Assembly: GCF_009914755.1 (NCBI RefSeq)
Contig: NC_060936.1
DNA length: 64,000 nucleotides
Origin: the human T2T-CHM13v2.0 reference genome, Homo sapiens
Direction: 5' to 3' (one strand)
The translations under genes were made by a program, and so were the position numbers. Of this stretch, positions 59,941-64,000 are shown one piece after another. Position 1 is the stretch's first letter, and every line of letters begins with the position of its first letter. The notes under the pieces were generated by a model, which was not told the DNA's origin, ran no database searches, and saw only the letters and a program-made list of their open reading frames with translations.

Positions 59941-60362
59941 TGTATTATTTCATTTATGTTGCTATAAAGGAATACCTGAGGCTGGGTAATTCATAAAGAA
60001 AAGAGGTTTGTTTGGCTCACAGTTCTGCAGGCTGCACAAGAAGCATGGCACCAGCACTTGCTTCTGGTGAGGGTCTCAGGCTGCTTCAACTCATGGTGGA
60101 AGGGGAAGGGAAGCTGGCACGTGCAGAAATCACATGGTGAGGGAGGAAGCAATGGGGGTGGGGGAGGTACCAGGCTCTTTTTAACAACCAGTTCTCGAGG
60201 GAACTAATGAGCAAGAACTCACTTATTATGACAAAGATGGCACCAAGCCATTCATGAGGGATCTACCCCATGACTCAAACACCTCCCATTAATCCCTACC
60301 TCCAACATTGGGATCAAATTTCAACATGAGGTTTGGAGGCAATACACATTCAAACTATAGCA
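59941..60362 (-). mobile_element. MSTB-type MaLR LTR
   Basis: gttgctataaaggaatacctgaggctgggtaatt...cattcaaactatagca; TSD tttcc/ttccc. Confidence 0.9.
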
Positions 60363-60369
60363 TTCCCCC

Positions 60370-60914
60370 TGAAGGATCCCAGGGAATTTCACACCACAGT
60401 ATGGCATTCTGATATGCTGATTGTAAAAAATTAAAGTAAAATGCTGGGAGATACTTCACACTGATATTGACTTATTTACCTTAAGACCAGCCCTGCCAAA
60501 TAGAATACAATCACCTTCCATTACCCTTCCCTGAATTTGATTATCTATCATAGGTAGAAGACTGAAGAATCTACATCTGGATGAACTTCTTCACAAGATA
60601 ATATCTAATTTTGAAGACAATCATTTACAAGCTAATTTCTGTCCCTTGGTTCATTCATTTTCCCTAAGAAACATTTTACTACTCCTCAAAAGAAATTCCT
60701 ACCATTTTCCATCCCTCCTCTCCCCCTTATGAAGAAGGGTGTGTAATCATCTGGACCTCATTAGGTATTTGGGTAATCACTCTCCTGTGATTTTCCCTTG
60801 TGCATTTTAAAATTAAATTTGTATTCTTTTGCTCCTACTAATCTCCTTCTTATCAGTTCACTTTCAGTGAACCTTCGGAGGGCGAAGGGGAAGCTTTCCT
60901 TCTTTGACCCTACA
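60370..60914 (+). mobile_element. ERV1 solo LTR (MER34/MER39-related)
   Basis: tgaagg start; gtgaaccttcggagggcgaaggggaag..ccctaca end. Confidence 0.65.
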
Positions 60915-62902
60915 CCTGAATATCTCCCATGTGTACATACATGAGGTATACATGTTATTAAACTTTGTTTTTCTCTCATTTTGTTACAGCAGTCCATTCC
61001 AACCAAGAGCTCAGAAAGGGGAGAGAAAAAATTAATTTTTTCCTCCTTACACTAGTGATGGTGCACAGAGTCCATCTGGCAAGGATAAAGGCAGAGACAT
61101 TCTGTTCATTAAAGCAGCAGTGATAGGGCCAGCTCTGGTGGCTGTCCCAAGCAGGGGGCAATGATGACTTCACTGAGCAGCTCTGCAGCACAGGTTGGGG
61201 CACTGTTCCTGTCTGCTAGCCTCTAATCTTTTGTCTCTGGGCCTCCCTTGGAGCCCTTCAGCTGTTTAATTCTTTTTGAAATAAACTCATTTTACTGCTG
61301 AAATGAGTCAGAGTGGATTTCTTTGTCTTCAAGGAACTCAAAAACATGATCGGGACTACGATCATAAGATCGTATGTGCCTTCAAATAGAATTTATTCTC
61401 CTTTAAAGATGAAAAAATTAATTATGTTTTATAAATTATGAAGAGGATGCTTAGCTAATGGTTTTCAAAATGTATTTTATCATAATTATCAGCAGGATAG
61501 TTGTTGCAAATGGATAAATATGTGTTATAGAGAGGTTATTCTCACTTGTATCGTCTTCATTATTCTAAGTGCACTAGAGAAAATGTAATTCCTTCAATGT
61601 TTTTGTTTCATAGCTTTACATTGAGAGAAGAAACCCTCTTCTTAATCGTTGCTAGTGTGATTTTCAAGAGTTTGCAGGAGTATTTTGGTAGGATTTTATA
61701 GTTTTAGTAATTCCTTTAATTTTCTAATGAAGATTAGAGCTAAGTATCTCATAAGGATAAATGGCCACAGCAAAGAAACTCACTTGACTAATTGCCCTTA
61801 TGGAGAGTTTCTTTAAAGGATGAAAGAAGTTCTTGAGACTTACCCCCAAATTCTGTGTACAAGAAAGATCACATAGTTTTCTTTTCTTTAATAAATCAAA
61901 ACTCCCCCTCTACCTCCAGCCCACCATGCTAAGGAAACATAGGTGTTTAGTGACTCGTTGTAGGCTAATGGGGCTTAAAATGGCTTTACCTCTTTCCTAT
62001 TATCCATCAACAACCATGCTCCCACTTTTCAAATAGTCAATAGACATATTGTTGACTTTTTATGCAAAAGTGGTATTTATATGCAAATTCAAGCTCCTTC
62101 TTTGTAAACTGTTGTTCTCAAGGTCTTCCAGTGTTGAAATTTTGGAGCCTAAACAATTAGGTTTCTTCCTTCTCTTGTCCTCCCAGCCATTCCTCCCCTA
62201 GGAACCTTAGACATTTCTGGTGTCTTACAGCAGCACAAAGACTTACTGGATACAACTTCTAATTCCGGCCATGAGAGAAAAATAGATACCAGACTTGTCT
62301 TCTCACTTTAATGTATTTTTGTGTCCAAGTGTAATGTCGGACACAACATATGAAGAAGTGGTTTCCAGGCATTATAAAACAGACAATAGAGGAATATAAT
62401 TCTTGAGAGAAGAAAAACACACAAAGAGCTTCCCATTCATCTCCATGAAAATTCAATTTATAAGAAAAAAAGTAAATTAACTAGGGGCACATTGCAAATA
62501 AAGGCAAAGGGAGGTGGAACCCAAAGAGAATAAAGTGTTTTTCTGGGCAAAGTAAAGAGAGATCAGAGTTCAGAAATGCTGAGGCTGCTTGGAATTTTCA
62601 AAGTAGGATACTTGAGAGGAGAAAGTCCCAAATTTTGCATATGGGTTTCCTTGAGTCTAGCTGAGTACTAAGCTGCATGTGTTCAGGGTTCTCTGATAGA
62701 GAACAACTACTAGTAGAGTATGAGCTGAATAAGGGGTTCAAGATATTCCAGTTTTGATAAACCAGAGGGTAAAGACTTCACTAAAAATCCACAGCAATTA
62801 GTTGACCATTATAATGACCAAATGTTAGAAGTAGGGCTATTCTAGCCCTAGAGTAAGAACAACTTTAGACTTACCCAATAAAGCCTAAAATCAAACCCTG
62901 AT

Positions 62903-63322
62903 TGCCTTAAACCATTTGGGCTACTATAACAATTAAACAATTTGTGCTACTATAATAAAACATCTAAGCCTCGATGATTTGTAAAGAAGAGAAGTTTATT
63001 ATTCACAGTTTTGGAGGCTGAGAAATACAAGATCAAGGTACTAGCAGGTCAGTATGTGGTGAGGGCCCAATCTTTTCTTCCAAGATGGCATCTTATTGGC
63101 TTACCCAGAGCAGAGGAAAACTGCATCCTTACATGGTAGAAGAAAGGGGAAAAGAGGGCAGAATGGTGACTGAAGCCTCTTCTATAAGGGCCTAATCCCA
63201 TTCATGACGGAGGAGTCCTCATGACCTAATGGCATCTTAAAGACCACATCTCTTGATGCTGTCACACTGGCTATTAAGTTTCAACCCATAAATTTTGGAG
63301 GGGACACATTCAAACCATAGCA
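62903..63322 (-). mobile_element. MLT1A/MSTD-type MaLR LTR
   Basis: cacagttttggaggctgagaa..caagatcaagg...ggggacacattcaaaccatagca; TSD ctgat/ctgac. Confidence 0.85.
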
Positions 63323-64000
63323 CTGACAGACCAAGTGAAGTTGAAAGTAAATTAACTGCTAGTGAGAATAAAACTCAGCACTAATTAAAGGAGGACTGTC
63401 AACCAAATAACATTCTAAAGATTCAGCACACAATAACAAATTACTAGATAAACAAATAAGCAGGCAAATGTGTTACATATCCAGGAGAAAAAAACAGTCA
63501 ATACAAACAGATCCAGAGTTGACAGAGATGTGAGAATTAATGAGTCAGGACTTCAAAACAGATATAATAAATGTATTCAAGGATTTGTTAAAATATTGAC
63601 ATTGTATACAGAAGAGAAACCTAAACAAGGAAGTGGAAATTATAAAAAAGAACAACTATAAATTCCCAGAGTGAAAAATGCAATATGTGAAATAAAAAAT
63701 TCTCTGGATGGGCTCAATGGCAGATGTGCCATTGCAGAAGAAAAGTTCAGTACACTTGCAAACCGGTTAAAATAAATTATCCAACTTTGAAAAAGGATTT
63801 AAAAAATAAATGCAGCCTTAGTGACCTGTAGGGCCGTATCAAGAAGTCTAACATATTAGTAATTTTAGTTCCAAAAGGAGAGAAGAGAAAAACCGGGAAA
63901 GAAAAATACATTTGAAGAAATAATAACTAAACTTTTTCCAAATGTGATGAAAAATAACAACCCGCAAGCCTCAAAAATCTGAACAAATTCCAAGTGGAAT
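63323..64000 (+). mobile_element. Old L1M ORF1 remnant (5' part probably from ~62450)
   Basis: ~63675 reads KNAICEIKNSLDGLNGRCAIAEEKFSTLANRLK*IIQ, resembling the L1 ORF1p coiled coil; later FEEIITKLFPNVMK. Confidence 0.85.

Larger units (their letters stand above)
59503..61050 (+). mobile_element. MER34-family LTR, interrupted by MSTB and a second LTR
   Basis: ccccaaatatgcctcttt..taaggatcactttgagctgattatt...acacaggagaagctctgaaaacagagtag; ends ttttcctccttaca. Confidence 0.7.

Overview
This is primate genomic DNA, human-like (AluY is present). It is non-coding and repeat-dense. I find no protein-coding gene, structural RNA gene or CRISPR array and cannot identify the locus. The ORF track consists of Alu/LTR/L1/L2-derived or chance frames. 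Contents: about 29 Alus, many ERV1, MaLR and ERVL solo LTRs (clustered at 10-16.5 kb, 46-49 kb and 56-61 kb), L1/L2/MIR fragments and hAT/Tigger DNA transposon fossils. Repeat families were recognised by eye, so subfamily names are tentative. Most notable observations: (1) two MER4-group solo LTRs 42 kb apart, with unrelated flanks, carry an antisense Alu at the identical nucleotide with the same private 8-nt deletion, suggesting an Alu-carrying LTR that was propagated as a composite; (2) a complex template-switch insertion (fold-back, ~250-bp inverted local copy, 63-bp tandem duplication) inside an MLT1A; (3) a TIR-bounded Zaphod/MER45 hAT element retaining a readable transposase dimerisation domain; (4) candidate regulatory motifs (triple GAS in a MER41 LTR, ETS/CARE composite, CpG-retaining unique islands).
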